A stretch of DNA of 64,000 bases. Origin: Shigella phage ESh36. Position numbers and translations under genes: made by a program. Location of the stretch: sequence record ON528746, one strand, 5' to 3'. The notes under the pieces are model-generated. The model ran no database searches. It was not told where the DNA came from and saw only the letters and a list, made by a program, of their open reading frames with translations. Positions 37,137 through 46,768 of this stretch are shown here, piece by piece (position 1 is the first letter of the stretch; every line of letters begins with the position of its first letter).

Positions 37137-38819
37137 TTAAACCATTACAGTAAATCGACCAACTTTCTTCATTTGAAGATGCTGACCATATGCTTGCGGG
37201 TCGTGGTCTCTATGTGAAATAACAAAAACATTAGTATTTTTTAAACTATCTAAAATAGTTGAAATAGCTTTTACACCTTCAACATCAGTTGCTGAATCAA
37301 AAACTTCATCGAGAATTAGTGTGTTTATTTTAACACCTGAAACTTTTTCAGCAATATCACGCCAAGTAAATAGAAGAGCAATATCAATTCGTGCTTTTTC
37401 GCCTTGACTGAATGAAGCATAACTAAAATCTTCACGACCACGGGATTTAATTGTCTCATTAAATTCTTCATCTAATGTAAACACATAATCCGCTTCCATT
37501 ATTTTAAGATAATGGTTAATCTGCTTATTAAATAATGGAATGTACTTTTTAATAATAGCACCTTTAATACCAGAATCTTTGAGCATATCAGTCAAAATTC
37601 CTCTGTGGTATTTTTCCATTACTAAATTAGTTTTTGTCTTAACAATTTTATCAAGTTCTTCTTGAAGCAGTGCTATTTCATCAGCATGGTCAATAAACTC
37701 GGATGATGCTTTTTCTATAGCTGCTTTAACTTTTTTAGCTTTATCTACAGTCGTGATTAGAGATTGCTTTTTATTGCGAATATCATTTGCCAACGTCTGT
37801 TGGGTTTTAATATTATCTCGGTATTCATCAACGAGAACTTTTAAATTATCACGATGTGTTGAAAGCTGTTCAAACGAATGCGTGCATTCAGAAACTTTAT
37901 CTTTAATTTTAGAAACAACTTTATCACCGGAACTTAATTGTGACAAACAGGTTGGACATAATCCACCTTCGTGATACATATTAATGACTTTATTATACGA
38001 GTCAATTTTTGATTTAATTAAAAATGCTTCTTGGCCGATTTTATTAAATGCATCAGTCGGGTCTTCATCCAAAACAATATTAACTAATCTTTCATTAGCT
38101 TCTTCTATTTCCGATTTTAGCGTTCTAGCTTCTTTTGCCAAATCATCATACATATTCTGTAGACGAGTAAGGTTATCACCAGTTAATTTTTTCTGGCGTT
38201 CAACGTTATCATTATATATTTTAATTTGTTGGATAATACTATCTTTTTTAACATCAAGCACTTGGTTTTGTGAATTTAATTCACGTATTAGTGCTTTATT
38301 AAGCTTATCCATTTCAGCTAATGTTCCTACCTCGAGCAGGTCTTCCACAAGCTTTCTTCGTGCAGGGGTCGACAAACCCATGAAAGGGGTATACCCTGCT
38401 GTACCAAGGACAACAATCTGCTTGAAACTGGCATATGACATTCCGATAAGCTGTTCAAATTCTGCTTGGAAATCTTTACTGCTGGCAGATTCATTAAGAC
38501 GTGTACCGTTAACGGTGATTTCGAAAACGTTTGGTTTTTGCCCTCTTTTGATATAGTACTTTTTCTCATCATATTCCATCCACAGTTCAACTAAAAGTTC
38601 TTTCTTATTTGTGCTGTTTATTAATTGACCTTTCTTTACATCACGAAATGGCTTGCCAAAAAGCCCAAATGTGATGGCTTCTAACATAGTAGACTTACCA
38701 CCACCATTTCGTCCAGTAATAAGAGTTTTTTGAACCTTATCTAGTTGAATGTCAATAGGATTTCCACCTACTGACATTATATTTTGATACCTAACTCGGT
38801 TTAGTTTAAAATTCTTCAC
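37137..38819 (-). CDS. 46: recombination nuclease subunit gp46 (SbcC/Rad50-like)
   Basis: 560-aa ORF with Walker A GRNGGGKST, coiled-coil middle, CPTC zinc hook. Confidence 0.85.
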   Translation of the reverse strand: MKNFKLNRVRYQNIMSVGGNPIDIQLDKVQKTLITGRNGGGKSTMLEAITFGLFGKPFRDVKKGQLINSTNKKELLVELWMEYDEKKYYIKRGQKPNVFEITVNGTRLNESASSKDFQAEFEQLIGMSYASFKQIVVLGTAGYTPFMGLSTPARRKLVEDLLEVGTLAEMDKLNKALIRELNSQNQVLDVKKDSIIQQIKIYNDNVERQKKLTGDNLTRLQNMYDDLAKEARTLKSEIEEANERLVNIVLDEDPTDAFNKIGQEAFLIKSKIDSYNKVINMYHEGGLCPTCLSQLSSGDKVVSKIKDKVSECTHSFEQLSTHRDNLKVLVDEYRDNIKTQQTLANDIRNKKQSLITTVDKAKKVKAAIEKASSEFIDHADEIALLQEELDKIVKTKTNLVMEKYHRGILTDMLKDSGIKGAIIKKYIPLFNKQINHYLKIMEADYVFTLDEEFNETIKSRGREDFSYASFSQGEKARIDIALLFTWRDIAEKVSGVKINTLILDEVFDSATDVEGVKAISTILDSLKNTNVFVISHRDHDPQAYGQHLQMKKVGRFTVMV

Positions 38820-39079
38820 AAAAGATTCCTTTTAATGTATCTTTTAGACCATTCTATCATATCATCATAATCTAAAAAGTATTCATCAAATTCAGCCATG
38901 CAAACAACACCTTGTGCTGATTTTGATGTGATATAAATTATTCCAACATATCTAGAATCTTCTTCGGTGTAATCAATATTTGCTATGAATTCATCGTTAA
39001 TGTCAAATGTCGAAAACTTCACAGTATGCATCCTTAATACAAGATACAGCCATATCTTGTAATGATTTAGGTGTGTCAT
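38816..39079 (-). CDS. hypothetical protein
   Basis: 87-aa ORF. Confidence 0.45.
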   Translation of the reverse strand: MTHLNHYKIWLYLVLRMHTVKFSTFDINDEFIANIDYTEEDSRYVGIIYITSKSAQGVVCMAEFDEYFLDYDDMIEWSKRYIKRNLL

Positions 39080-39266
39080 TATCTAAAATGTTGAAGTTAA
39101 AAGATACAGCCCAGTCAGTGCAGACCGTAACCTTTTTAATACAATTATCTTCAACCTCTAGCGGTTCAAACCAATATTCAATAATTTCTTTATGCCCAAT
39201 ATCATCTTTTACTTCGCATTCAAAATGCTGACTCATCATAACATTTTTAAATTCATCAAAAGTCAT
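39003..39266 (-). CDS. hypothetical protein
   Basis: 87-aa ORF. Confidence 0.45.
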   Translation of the reverse strand: MTFDEFKNVMMSQHFECEVKDDIGHKEIIEYWFEPLEVEDNCIKKVTVCTDWAVSFNFNILDNDTPKSLQDMAVSCIKDAYCEVFDI

Positions 39267-40282
39267 TGTGTTGCCTCTACATATAACTGATTTGCATATT
39301 GAATAAGTGCTTCGCGATCAGAATCAGTGATGTCTGGAATTGCATTAATGTATTCTTCCATCAATGTCTGAAGAGATTGAACTTCAACTTCTTCACTATC
39401 ATCTGACTCGACAGAGTTATCAATCTTTGACACAACTCGTAATGAATGCACAACTTTTTCTAGTTCAGATTCGAACTTCGTTAGATTTTTGTCTACTTCA
39501 GTTACTATAACACGTACTGATAGATTTGTAAAATCTTTATAGTCAATTTTTCCCTTAAATGGATATTGAATTCGACGATGCCAGGTAGTGTTGTTTGGAA
39601 TAAATTCCATTCGTTCTGTTTCTGTATCAAACATCCAGAACCCGCGAGGGTCATTCTCGTCACCTGCAGTTAGTGTCCATGGTGTCCCAATATATCTGAC
39701 ATTAGCAGCCTCAGAGATAGTATGGAAGTGACCAGACCACACCTCTTTATAAGTCTTAAGGAAATCAGGTTCAAGACCGTGAGATTTCATTCCTTTATAA
39801 AAATAAAATCCATTCAGTTCCCAGTGACCAACACAAAAAGAAGCAGATGAAGTTTTGATATGTTCAAGAATTTCACCAGTATTTTCTTCACACATCCAAG
39901 GAATTAAATCAATCAAACATCCGTCAAAATCTACTGTAGTAGGCTTATCATATACTTTAACATTAGGATATTTAGCCAAAAGCTCAGTAGAAGCATTTGG
40001 ATGCATTACATTTTTGTAGTGGAGATCGTGATTTCCTACAATAGTATGTAATGTGATTCCAGCGTCATCAAGCATTTGAACTATTTCACGGGCAAACTCC
40101 ATTGTTTTATGCGTGATCGCTTTTCGCACATCAAAAATATCACCATATTGAATCCATACCGTAATTCCATTTTTCTTAGAATATTCTATCGCTTGCTTAA
40201 TTCCATCAATTTGAATACCGCGAATCCACTCATCATCAGCTTTAACGCCTAAATGCCAATCACCCAAGTTTAGTATTTTCAT
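39263..40282 (-). CDS. 47: recombination nuclease subunit gp47 (SbcD/Mre11-like)
   Basis: 339-aa ORF with phosphoesterase motifs DWHLG, GNHD. Confidence 0.85.
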   Translation of the reverse strand: MKILNLGDWHLGVKADDEWIRGIQIDGIKQAIEYSKKNGITVWIQYGDIFDVRKAITHKTMEFAREIVQMLDDAGITLHTIVGNHDLHYKNVMHPNASTELLAKYPNVKVYDKPTTVDFDGCLIDLIPWMCEENTGEILEHIKTSSASFCVGHWELNGFYFYKGMKSHGLEPDFLKTYKEVWSGHFHTISEAANVRYIGTPWTLTAGDENDPRGFWMFDTETERMEFIPNNTTWHRRIQYPFKGKIDYKDFTNLSVRVIVTEVDKNLTKFESELEKVVHSLRVVSKIDNSVESDDSEEVEVQSLQTLMEEYINAIPDITDSDREALIQYANQLYVEATQ

Positions 40283-40392
40283 GATGTCTTTTCCATCCTA
40301 ATTTAGCTGCTTTTGAAACCAGTTCTTTAATTTTTCCTTTTGCCCATTCAGGACCAGGAGGTTCATGACATAACATTTGCTTAACTCCGTTA

Positions 40393-40884
40393 TTATACCA
40401 TTTTTTTACCTTTATTATGTGATGAAGCTTTAAATTTATTTGACCTTCCTTTTACATAACCTTCTGGAATATAAGGTAAAAAGGCAGATTTTCCTGTTAA
40501 TGGATCATGTGAATGTATATTTCCTTTACAATTATGAGAACCATATAATGGATGATTTTGTCCTTTATTATCTCTTCCAAATGAACCTTTTGGAGCAGCA
40601 TATGACATATTAAAGAATAATGGATTTTTAACTGCATCATGCAATCGTTGATAATATAACTCGCATTTAATAGCTTCTTCACGCGTATCAAATTCAGCTA
40701 AAATGCATGAATCAAATAAGTGAGGATTATCTGAAAGCTCTTTATTATAAATTTTCTTATACTTTTTAGATAAAACTGAACCATGATATCCAGCTAAATG
40801 CCTATCTAAAGACGTAGATCCAATATAAAAAGGAGGAAGTTTATCTCCACTATATATTGTTAAATAAGTTATATATTTTTTCAT
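40393..40884 (-). CDS. GIY-YIG nuclease-domain protein (Seg-like, possibly truncated)
   Basis: N-terminal YITYLTIYSGDKLPPFYIGSTS with downstream R and E positions; only 163 aa. Confidence 0.5.
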   Translation of the reverse strand: MKKYITYLTIYSGDKLPPFYIGSTSLDRHLAGYHGSVLSKKYKKIYNKELSDNPHLFDSCILAEFDTREEAIKCELYYQRLHDAVKNPLFFNMSYAAPKGSFGRDNKGQNHPLYGSHNCKGNIHSHDPLTGKSAFLPYIPEGYVKGRSNKFKASSHNKGKKMV

Positions 40885-41019
40885 ATATCAAGAACCGTCA
40901 TTGAAATGCAAAATAAAATTATTGAAATAAATCCATCTGGAGTGCTAAAGAACCCAATCCAACACGCTCTAGTGAATAGATAAAACGCTAGAAAAAGTAT
41001 CACATATCCAAGAAATATC

Positions 41020-41044
41020 ATTATATCAAACTCCGTATAAAGCT
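41020..41044 (-). promoter_or_regulatory. candidate middle-type promoter
   Basis: TAGCTTTA box, 12 bp, TATAAT; near-identical architecture to site at 8657..8681. Confidence 0.35.
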
Positions 41045-41061
41045 AAAGGGCCGAAGCCCTT
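41045..41061 (-). terminator. UUCG-tetraloop hairpin after alpha-gt
   Basis: mRNA AAAGGGC-UUCG-GCCCUUU. Confidence 0.45.
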
Positions 41062-42263
41062 TATTTTGTAATAATGTCAAATTGTTCTTTAAAGCAGAAG
41101 CTTGAATCTTGATGCTGATACAAAAATTCATAAGCTTTTTCGCGTTCGCGGTCATAAAGAGCTCGGTCAGATGACAGTTCTTTAATACGTTCAAATGTTG
41201 ATTCCATGTCATTTTCATCAAACCAAACGATACCGCTATCATGAGAAATTAACGGAGTATTATCAACACGAAATTTTAAATTTTCGCCAGTAGATTTCCA
41301 AAATACTGGAATTGTTCCGCATGCACCAAGCTCTAGATGAGTATATTCTAAAGAACGTTGTAGATATTTTTTATCTAATTTACTCAGCTGATAACCAAAT
41401 CCGGATTTACTCATGCGTTCAAGCATTTCACTATTTACATAACGGTCAAGAATTTGCGTTGGCAAATTAGGAGCAATTTTAATTTGGTCTACTTGATGAA
41501 GACGATAATACTCATATGGAATTCCTTTTTCTTTAATAGGAATGAACGCTGGAGAACGTTCCAGACCTTCCATAATAGTACTTAGTCCTGCAGGTTTAAG
41601 ATGTTTTTCGTGAAAATCAAACATCTGATAAAAACCTTTCCATGTAGTCGTACGACCAATCCAACGGTTGACATTCATATTAATTTCAGAAACATCTTTC
41701 CAGTATGTTGATCGAACCTTCGCAATATCCATAGGAGGCTGAAAGTTGTATACAGTCGGTGCTTCTTCAATATCATCAAACAGAGAAACTGTTTCTGGAT
41801 ACCATTCTTTCATCAAAACTTTATTAAAATCGCCATTATCAGAATGGCTAAAAATAACATCAGCTCGACGAACAGTTTCTTCTAATCCCAAATTTCGGCG
41901 CAAAGAAAGAGAAGAATGGTCATGTTGATAAACTACAACACGAACCGAAGGTTTAATGTTATCAATAATTTTTTTATAGTTATTAATAGTGTCTTCTTCG
42001 ACTGAAGTAGCAGGAACTGAATTGATAATTAGAATATCACAATCATTTACCAGCTTAAGTGTTTTATCGTATTCTTTTGCCAATAAAACCGGAATTGAAA
42101 ATGATTTATAATCATGCGCGCAATTACGAGTAAATGATTTATCTTTAGCATAAACCAAAGTTACTTCATGACCATTTTTAATAAACCAATCACGCTGCTC
42201 GAGAGAAAATTTAGTTACGCCGCAACCTTCAAGACCTCGAGCCATAAAAATGCATACTTTCAT
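41061..42263 (-). CDS. a-gt: DNA alpha-glucosyltransferase
   Basis: 400-aa ORF; size and position between genes 55 and 47 match T4 alpha-gt. Confidence 0.8.
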   Translation of the reverse strand: MKVCIFMARGLEGCGVTKFSLEQRDWFIKNGHEVTLVYAKDKSFTRNCAHDYKSFSIPVLLAKEYDKTLKLVNDCDILIINSVPATSVEEDTINNYKKIIDNIKPSVRVVVYQHDHSSLSLRRNLGLEETVRRADVIFSHSDNGDFNKVLMKEWYPETVSLFDDIEEAPTVYNFQPPMDIAKVRSTYWKDVSEINMNVNRWIGRTTTWKGFYQMFDFHEKHLKPAGLSTIMEGLERSPAFIPIKEKGIPYEYYRLHQVDQIKIAPNLPTQILDRYVNSEMLERMSKSGFGYQLSKLDKKYLQRSLEYTHLELGACGTIPVFWKSTGENLKFRVDNTPLISHDSGIVWFDENDMESTFERIKELSSDRALYDREREKAYEFLYQHQDSSFCFKEQFDIITK

Positions 42264-42287
42264 TTAATATCCTCATTGTTTTGGTTT

Positions 42288-42311
42288 ATTTTACCAAAAA
42301 TTTATAAAGCA
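42288..42311 (-). promoter_or_regulatory. candidate MotA-type middle promoter for alpha-gt
   Basis: TTGCTTTA box, 11 bp, TAAAAT, preceded by a UUCG hairpin. Confidence 0.4.
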
Positions 42312-42506
42312 ATATAGGAGCCGAAGCTCCTATCCGCATAATACACCATACAGAGGCTCATTAGAGCTTCTAAATTTTATACGTTTATGTGTTATAGTTC
42401 CTTCTGCTTTAGCTTTATCGTGAGCCTCTTTAAAGCGTCTCATCATTTCTACTTTAGAGGAACGAATTTTATTATAATCTATTTCAGAAGTCTGGGTGTT
42501 CATCTT

Positions 42507-42713
42507 TCACAGTTGCCACCATTTTTTGACTTGATAAGAATCAACCCACACTTTCATATTAGGGTCTGCTCTTACAATAGGAGGATTAACTTCTTTAATT
42601 GAACTATCATGGTATTCTTTTTCAGAAATTTTCACACAAAGATGACCATTCAAAGATTCAGTAAATCCTGCATTAATTTTAAGACGCTTGAATTTTACGT
42701 GTGTAAGCATCAA
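42507..42713 (-). CDS. hypothetical protein
   Basis: 68-aa ORF. Confidence 0.4.
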   Translation of the reverse strand: MMLTHVKFKRLKINAGFTESLNGHLCVKISEKEYHDSSIKEVNPPIVRADPNMKVWVDSYQVKKWWQL

Positions 42714-42996
42714 TCATATCCTCAATCTGCGATCTAGTAGTCTTCCAAAGAATACTAATGAGTTCATCGTTATATGGCTGTTTTAGAATATCCCGACTTT
42801 TCTTGATAGCATATTCGTATTGAGCAAAATTATTGTTTTCAGCTGCAATTTGAGCGTGTTTATAAAGACGGTTCAGTTCGCGTTTATTTTTAGACAATAA
42901 CTTATTTGCTTTTCTTTCTGCTTCAAGACGGTTCTTTTCTTCAATAGAAGAAATAAGCTTTTCCACTTCATCATTAATTTCGGGTTTATCAGTCAT
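42679..42996 (-). CDS. hypothetical protein
   Basis: 105-aa ORF. Confidence 0.45.
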   Translation of the reverse strand: MTDKPEINDEVEKLISSIEEKNRLEAERKANKLLSKNKRELNRLYKHAQIAAENNNFAQYEYAIKKSRDILKQPYNDELISILWKTTRSQIEDMIDAYTRKIQAS

Positions 42997-42997
42997 A

Positions 42998-43216
42998 TTA
43001 TTTCTCTAATATAATATAAAAATCATCATCTGTTAAATGATACCGATAGTTTAATTCTACACCATTAGATTTAAAAGCGGTATCATACGGATTTTCTGGA
43101 TCAATATCAATGTCAAGAGCTAAAACTTCCCTGAGATACATTTTAAGTAAATAGGGAATAGCTTCAACTTCAGGTATTTCTTCCAAGAATCCGGAGAGGT
43201 TAATCGTTAGCCTCAT
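42998..43216 (-). CDS. hypothetical protein
   Basis: 72-aa ORF. Confidence 0.45.
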
Positions 43217-43757
43217 ATAAAAAATCCAAACTAGGAGAATCGTCTACAACACTTTTCTTTTCAGCCCCCGGTGTTCTATAGGTTGATTCTTCGTAATGCG
43301 TCATTTTATCGTAGATGTCTTGAATAAAAGTTTCATCTACTAACGCAACCATATCGTCGTCACGACTGTCATAGACATTGTGAACGAAGTAACTATATTT
43401 CTTTGCAACTTCCTTACGTTCTTTTTTAATACGTTGGACGAATGCATTAAAACAAGCTTGAGTTATATATGCATGTGGGTTTTTATATTTCGTTTCATCA
43501 AAATTATGAAGCCCCTTAATAGAAGCTTCTATACCATCTGCAATCATTTCTTGTTTCCAGGATTGGGTGTATCCTGAAAAGTTGAAACGTTTAGATAAGC
43601 CTTCTGCAATAAGCATAATGGCTAATCCGATAGTATCATTCTGACGAACTACTTTATTTGGGTCTTTATTATTTGCTAATTCTGTTTTCCAATCAATAAT
43701 AGCTTGTAAAAGCTCTTTATTGTTTACGTAATTATATTTAGGCTTAGTTTCTGACAT
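43200..43757 (-). CDS. 55: late sigma factor gp55
   Basis: About 185-aa ORF (start [10 protein letters not shown]); size and position match T4 gp55. Confidence 0.8.
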
Positions 43758-43835
43758 TTTCACCTCTTAGCTCAATTCATAGATCTATTATATCATAATA
43801 TTTGAATATCTATCTTAAAGCATAGAGGATATCAG

Positions 43836-44105
43836 TTATCTAAGTAAACAGTATGCTTGGAACACTTTCTCCATCATCTTTTTAAATTCATGAATATCTA
43901 TATAATGACTAGTTAAATCAGCATGATATAAAAAGTCTAAAAACTTTTCATGTGTGCTAACATATTCGCTTTCATTTAATTCAGAAACATGGCTTTCCCA
44001 ATATCCAACACCAGTCTTATTTGGGAAAAATGAAATTTTCATGCATTGGTCAACATAGAAAATACCAAAATTTTCAATAGCAATAGAAATATTAATTAAT
44101 TTCAT
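43836..44105 (-). CDS. hypothetical protein
   Basis: 89-aa ORF. Confidence 0.45.
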   Translation of the reverse strand: MKLINISIAIENFGIFYVDQCMKISFFPNKTGVGYWESHVSELNESEYVSTHEKFLDFLYHADLTSHYIDIHEFKKMMEKVFQAYCLLR

Positions 44106-44323
44106 ACATTCATCAACTTAGCCGCTTCAAGAGCTGCATCTAGTGAATCAAACTGGTCAACGTATTCAATCAATTCGCCATAATTAGCGTATAACCACCA
44201 TTGGCTAAATTCATACTCAAGGATGAATCCATTTCCTTCAATTTGAGTTAAACCAATGCCATTTGTATTTACTTCATATCCGGCAAGACGTAAATCGTTA
44301 ATAAGAGCTTCGTTCATATTCAT
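44102..44323 (-). CDS. hypothetical protein
   Basis: 73-aa ORF. Confidence 0.45.
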   Translation of the reverse strand: MNMNEALINDLRLAGYEVNTNGIGLTQIEGNGFILEYEFSQWWLYANYGELIEYVDQFDSLDAALEAAKLMNV

Positions 44324-44646
44324 ACCTTAGCAATTTTCAGATCAGCAAATTTTTTCTTGCGTTGATTTTTCATACGACGAATAGTTTTATCGGAAATTTC
44401 ATGCTTTTGATAAGCTTTAGATTCTACGCCAAAAGCTTTAACATCAAATTCTGACAAGATATATTGAACCAACAATTCACGGACAGTATTGCGCCCAATC
44501 TTCTGATCATTCTGTTTCATCGTCTGATGAAGCTCTTTTTCCCATTTATCCAAAATTTGAGGAGTTACAATATCGCCTTTTTCTAGCAAAGAAACTACTT
44601 TATCATATGCGTAAGAATTGATGGCGTTTTTAATTTGAATAGTCAT
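44320..44646 (-). CDS. hypothetical protein
   Basis: 108-aa ORF. Confidence 0.45.
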   Translation of the reverse strand: MTIQIKNAINSYAYDKVVSLLEKGDIVTPQILDKWEKELHQTMKQNDQKIGRNTVRELLVQYILSEFDVKAFGVESKAYQKHEISDKTIRRMKNQRKKKFADLKIAKV

Positions 44647-44698
44647 ACATTATCCTCAATTGCGTTAAAATTTTATTATCCAAAAAGGGCCGAAGCCC

Positions 44699-44899
44699 TT
44701 AGCTAAACTGTTTGGCACCCTTCCAGCCTTCGTACATCATTGCGACTGATATTAATATTGCTCCTGCGCATTTTGAATATTTGTGATTCCAAAACCAGTT
44801 CAGAAAAACTTCGTCATCAATACCTTGGGCTATCATATTTTCAAAGAACTGACGACGAGCTTCAGCAATTCGTTGTGATAATTTAGATTCAGGATTCAT
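44699..44899 (-). CDS. hypothetical protein
   Basis: 66-aa ORF. Confidence 0.4.
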   Translation of the reverse strand: MNPESKLSQRIAEARRQFFENMIAQGIDDEVFLNWFWNHKYSKCAGAILISVAMMYEGWKGAKQFS

Positions 44900-45115
44900 T
44901 TAAATTTTCCAGTTACCATTTTCATCAATAAATTTAATCCAATCATTTACTGACCACTTGGTCGTATCGCCTTTTGGAGCAACATTTAAAGTGTATAATC
45001 CTTGTTTAAAAAGCATGCGTTTGATATTCATATTTTCCTCAGCTGTAACGATAGCACTCGTTTGATTTACGCTTAGCAACTCGTTGAGAAGTATTGTAAT
45101 CAAAATCATCGTCAA
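44900..45115 (-). CDS. hypothetical protein
   Basis: 71-aa ORF. Confidence 0.4.
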   Translation of the reverse strand: MTMILITILLNELLSVNQTSAIVTAEENMNIKRMLFKQGLYTLNVAPKGDTTKWSVNDWIKFIDENGNWKI

Positions 45116-45332
45116 TGTAAACTGATTTTTTCAACTTTCTTACTTCACCACGTAATTGGCGATTTAACTCATCTTTAACTTCTGAATCAATGCCTTTCAT
45201 TCTACGCCATTTATCAGAGCGAAAAATGTTTTCGACCATATCTTTATGACTTACACCATCAGGAGCTTTACGCTTTCCAAAATAGTCATAATCACGCACT
45301 TTTAAATCTTTACGACGATACGTTTTACCCAT
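45039..45332 (-). CDS. hypothetical basic protein
   Basis: ATG start MGKTYRR inside track ORF 45039..45377. Confidence 0.4.
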   Translation of the reverse strand: MGKTYRRKDLKVRDYDYFGKRKAPDGVSHKDMVENIFRSDKWRRMKGIDSEVKDELNRQLRGEVRKLKKSVYIDDDFDYNTSQRVAKRKSNECYRYS

Positions 45333-45531
45333 GGAGTTTAATTTCCTTAGCAACTGAACTAAATACAGCACGATCACAAATCAAGCGTTTATTCCATTTA
45401 AGTAAAGTATAGTGAACCTCAAAATCATCTACTGCTGTAACAATAACAATATGTCCGTTAACACGATAATACTGATCTCTTTTAATCTCTTTATCAACCA
45501 TATCAATTCCTCAAAGGCAATTCATGTGTTA

Positions 45532-45561
45532 ATAATACCACAGTTTGAACTTCTTGTAAAC
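45532..45561 (-). promoter_or_regulatory. T4-type early promoter
   Basis: GTTTAC, 18 bp, TATTAT. Confidence 0.55.
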
Positions 45562-45658
45562 AACTTTGTGAAAATTATTTTAGGGAATGATAAGAAGGGA
45601 ACGATAGTTAGAATGGTAATATACAGAATGTGAGAAAGAAAGGCCCAGAGGGCCCATC

Positions 45659-45967
45659 TTAGTCTTCTATGATATCTCTATCATATCCAAGTGAAATGAG
45701 AGTTTCTTTGAAGTGTTTAATGTTCTTTTGTCTAGAATCATTGATGAAAATGACTGGATAACGAATGTTAAGAGATGTGAATCCAGCGCGTTTAGCAAGA
45801 GATACAATCAGTGGACGATCATACTCAATCTTACCATTATTTGTAAGAACTTTATAGAAAGTAAAAGGAGCATTGAGCTCCTTTAGAAGTTTTGTAACTG
45901 ATTGACATCCAGGACAACGACCTACTTCATCTGGAATTCCATAGACTTCAATCTTGTTCTGTTTCAC
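45659..45967 (-). CDS. nrdH: glutaredoxin-like protein NrdH
   Basis: 102-aa ORF with CPGC redox motif. Confidence 0.7.
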   Translation of the reverse strand: MKQNKIEVYGIPDEVGRCPGCQSVTKLLKELNAPFTFYKVLTNNGKIEYDRPLIVSLAKRAGFTSLNIRYPVIFINDSRQKNIKHFKETLISLGYDRDIIED

Positions 45968-45969
45968 AA

Positions 45970-46182
45970 CTATTCCTTACTAAGAGCAGCATTCAGCTTA
46001 TTAGTAATTTTATCCAGACGCTCATTGAACTCGCTAGAAGACAGTCCTTTTTCTGGAGAAATCAAACTAATCACGAAAAATATAGCAATAAAAGGAATAA
46101 GGAAAATAGCTCCAACTGCCATAAACAGAAAGAATGTTACAGTTGTAAGAAAATCAGCTAAACCTTTGCGAAATTTATACAT
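45970..46182 (-). CDS. small membrane protein
   Basis: 70-aa ORF with central TM segment. Confidence 0.45.
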   Translation of the reverse strand: MYKFRKGLADFLTTVTFFLFMAVGAIFLIPFIAIFFVISLISPEKGLSSSEFNERLDKITNKLNAALSKE

Positions 46183-46297
46183 ATTTTACCCTTAATTGAT
46201 TAACCAAGCATTGATAAGCACTAAACTATATTGCGAATAAAATTCTGGACCAAAATGAAAAATCATATCATTTATAGTGTCCATAATATAATTCAAT

Positions 46298-46768
46298 TTA
46301 ATCATGTTTCCACACCCCATCGGTATTTGACCAAAGTCGCTGATTATCTGATCCTCGCCACAGCTTTTTAGTCGGAAGATTTTTCTCATACTTCCCATCA
46401 ATAATAACATCAACATATTTAAGCATTTCTAGTTGTTTAATATCCTCAAACTTATATCCTGTCCACAACCAAATGCTTTTATTTGGATAAAGATTTTTTA
46501 CTGTTTGAACAATGCAATGAATAACATCTCGGTTATCAGGATAGAGAGGGTCTCCTCCAGTTATAGTCAATCCTTCTATATAATCATTATTCAAACATTC
46601 AATTAATTGTTCCAGTGTTTCACCAGTGAATGGAACGCCATTTCTAGCATTCCATGTTGATTTATTATAACACCCTTCGCATTTATGCAAACAACCTGTG
46701 ACGAAAAGAACGACCCTGCATCCAGGGCCATTCACAAAATCACAAGGATAAAATCTATCATAATTCAT
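46298..46768 (-). CDS. nrdG: anaerobic ribonucleotide reductase activase NrdG (radical SAM)
   Basis: 156-aa ORF with cysteine cluster CLHKCEGC. Confidence 0.8.
   Translation of the reverse strand: MNYDRFYPCDFVNGPGCRVVLFVTGCLHKCEGCYNKSTWNARNGVPFTGETLEQLIECLNNDYIEGLTITGGDPLYPDNRDVIHCIVQTVKNLYPNKSIWLWTGYKFEDIKQLEMLKYVDVIIDGKYEKNLPTKKLWRGSDNQRLWSNTDGVWKHD

Noticed and set aside
37984-38556. 190-codon plus-strand ORF
   Set aside because: Antisense to the well-supported gene 46; long antisense ORFs are expected opposite AT-rich, lysine-rich coding sequence
40497-40691. 64-codon minus-strand ORF nested in the GIY-YIG gene
   Set aside because: Alternative frame inside a supported ORF with no independent start signals
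41021-41242. 73-codon ORF overlapping the alpha-gt 3' end
   Set aside because: Out-of-frame overlap with a well-supported gene
43816-43848. Promoter with GTTTAC at about 43843 or a MotA box at about 43816 upstream of gene 55
   Set aside because: No acceptable -10 at the right spacing for either
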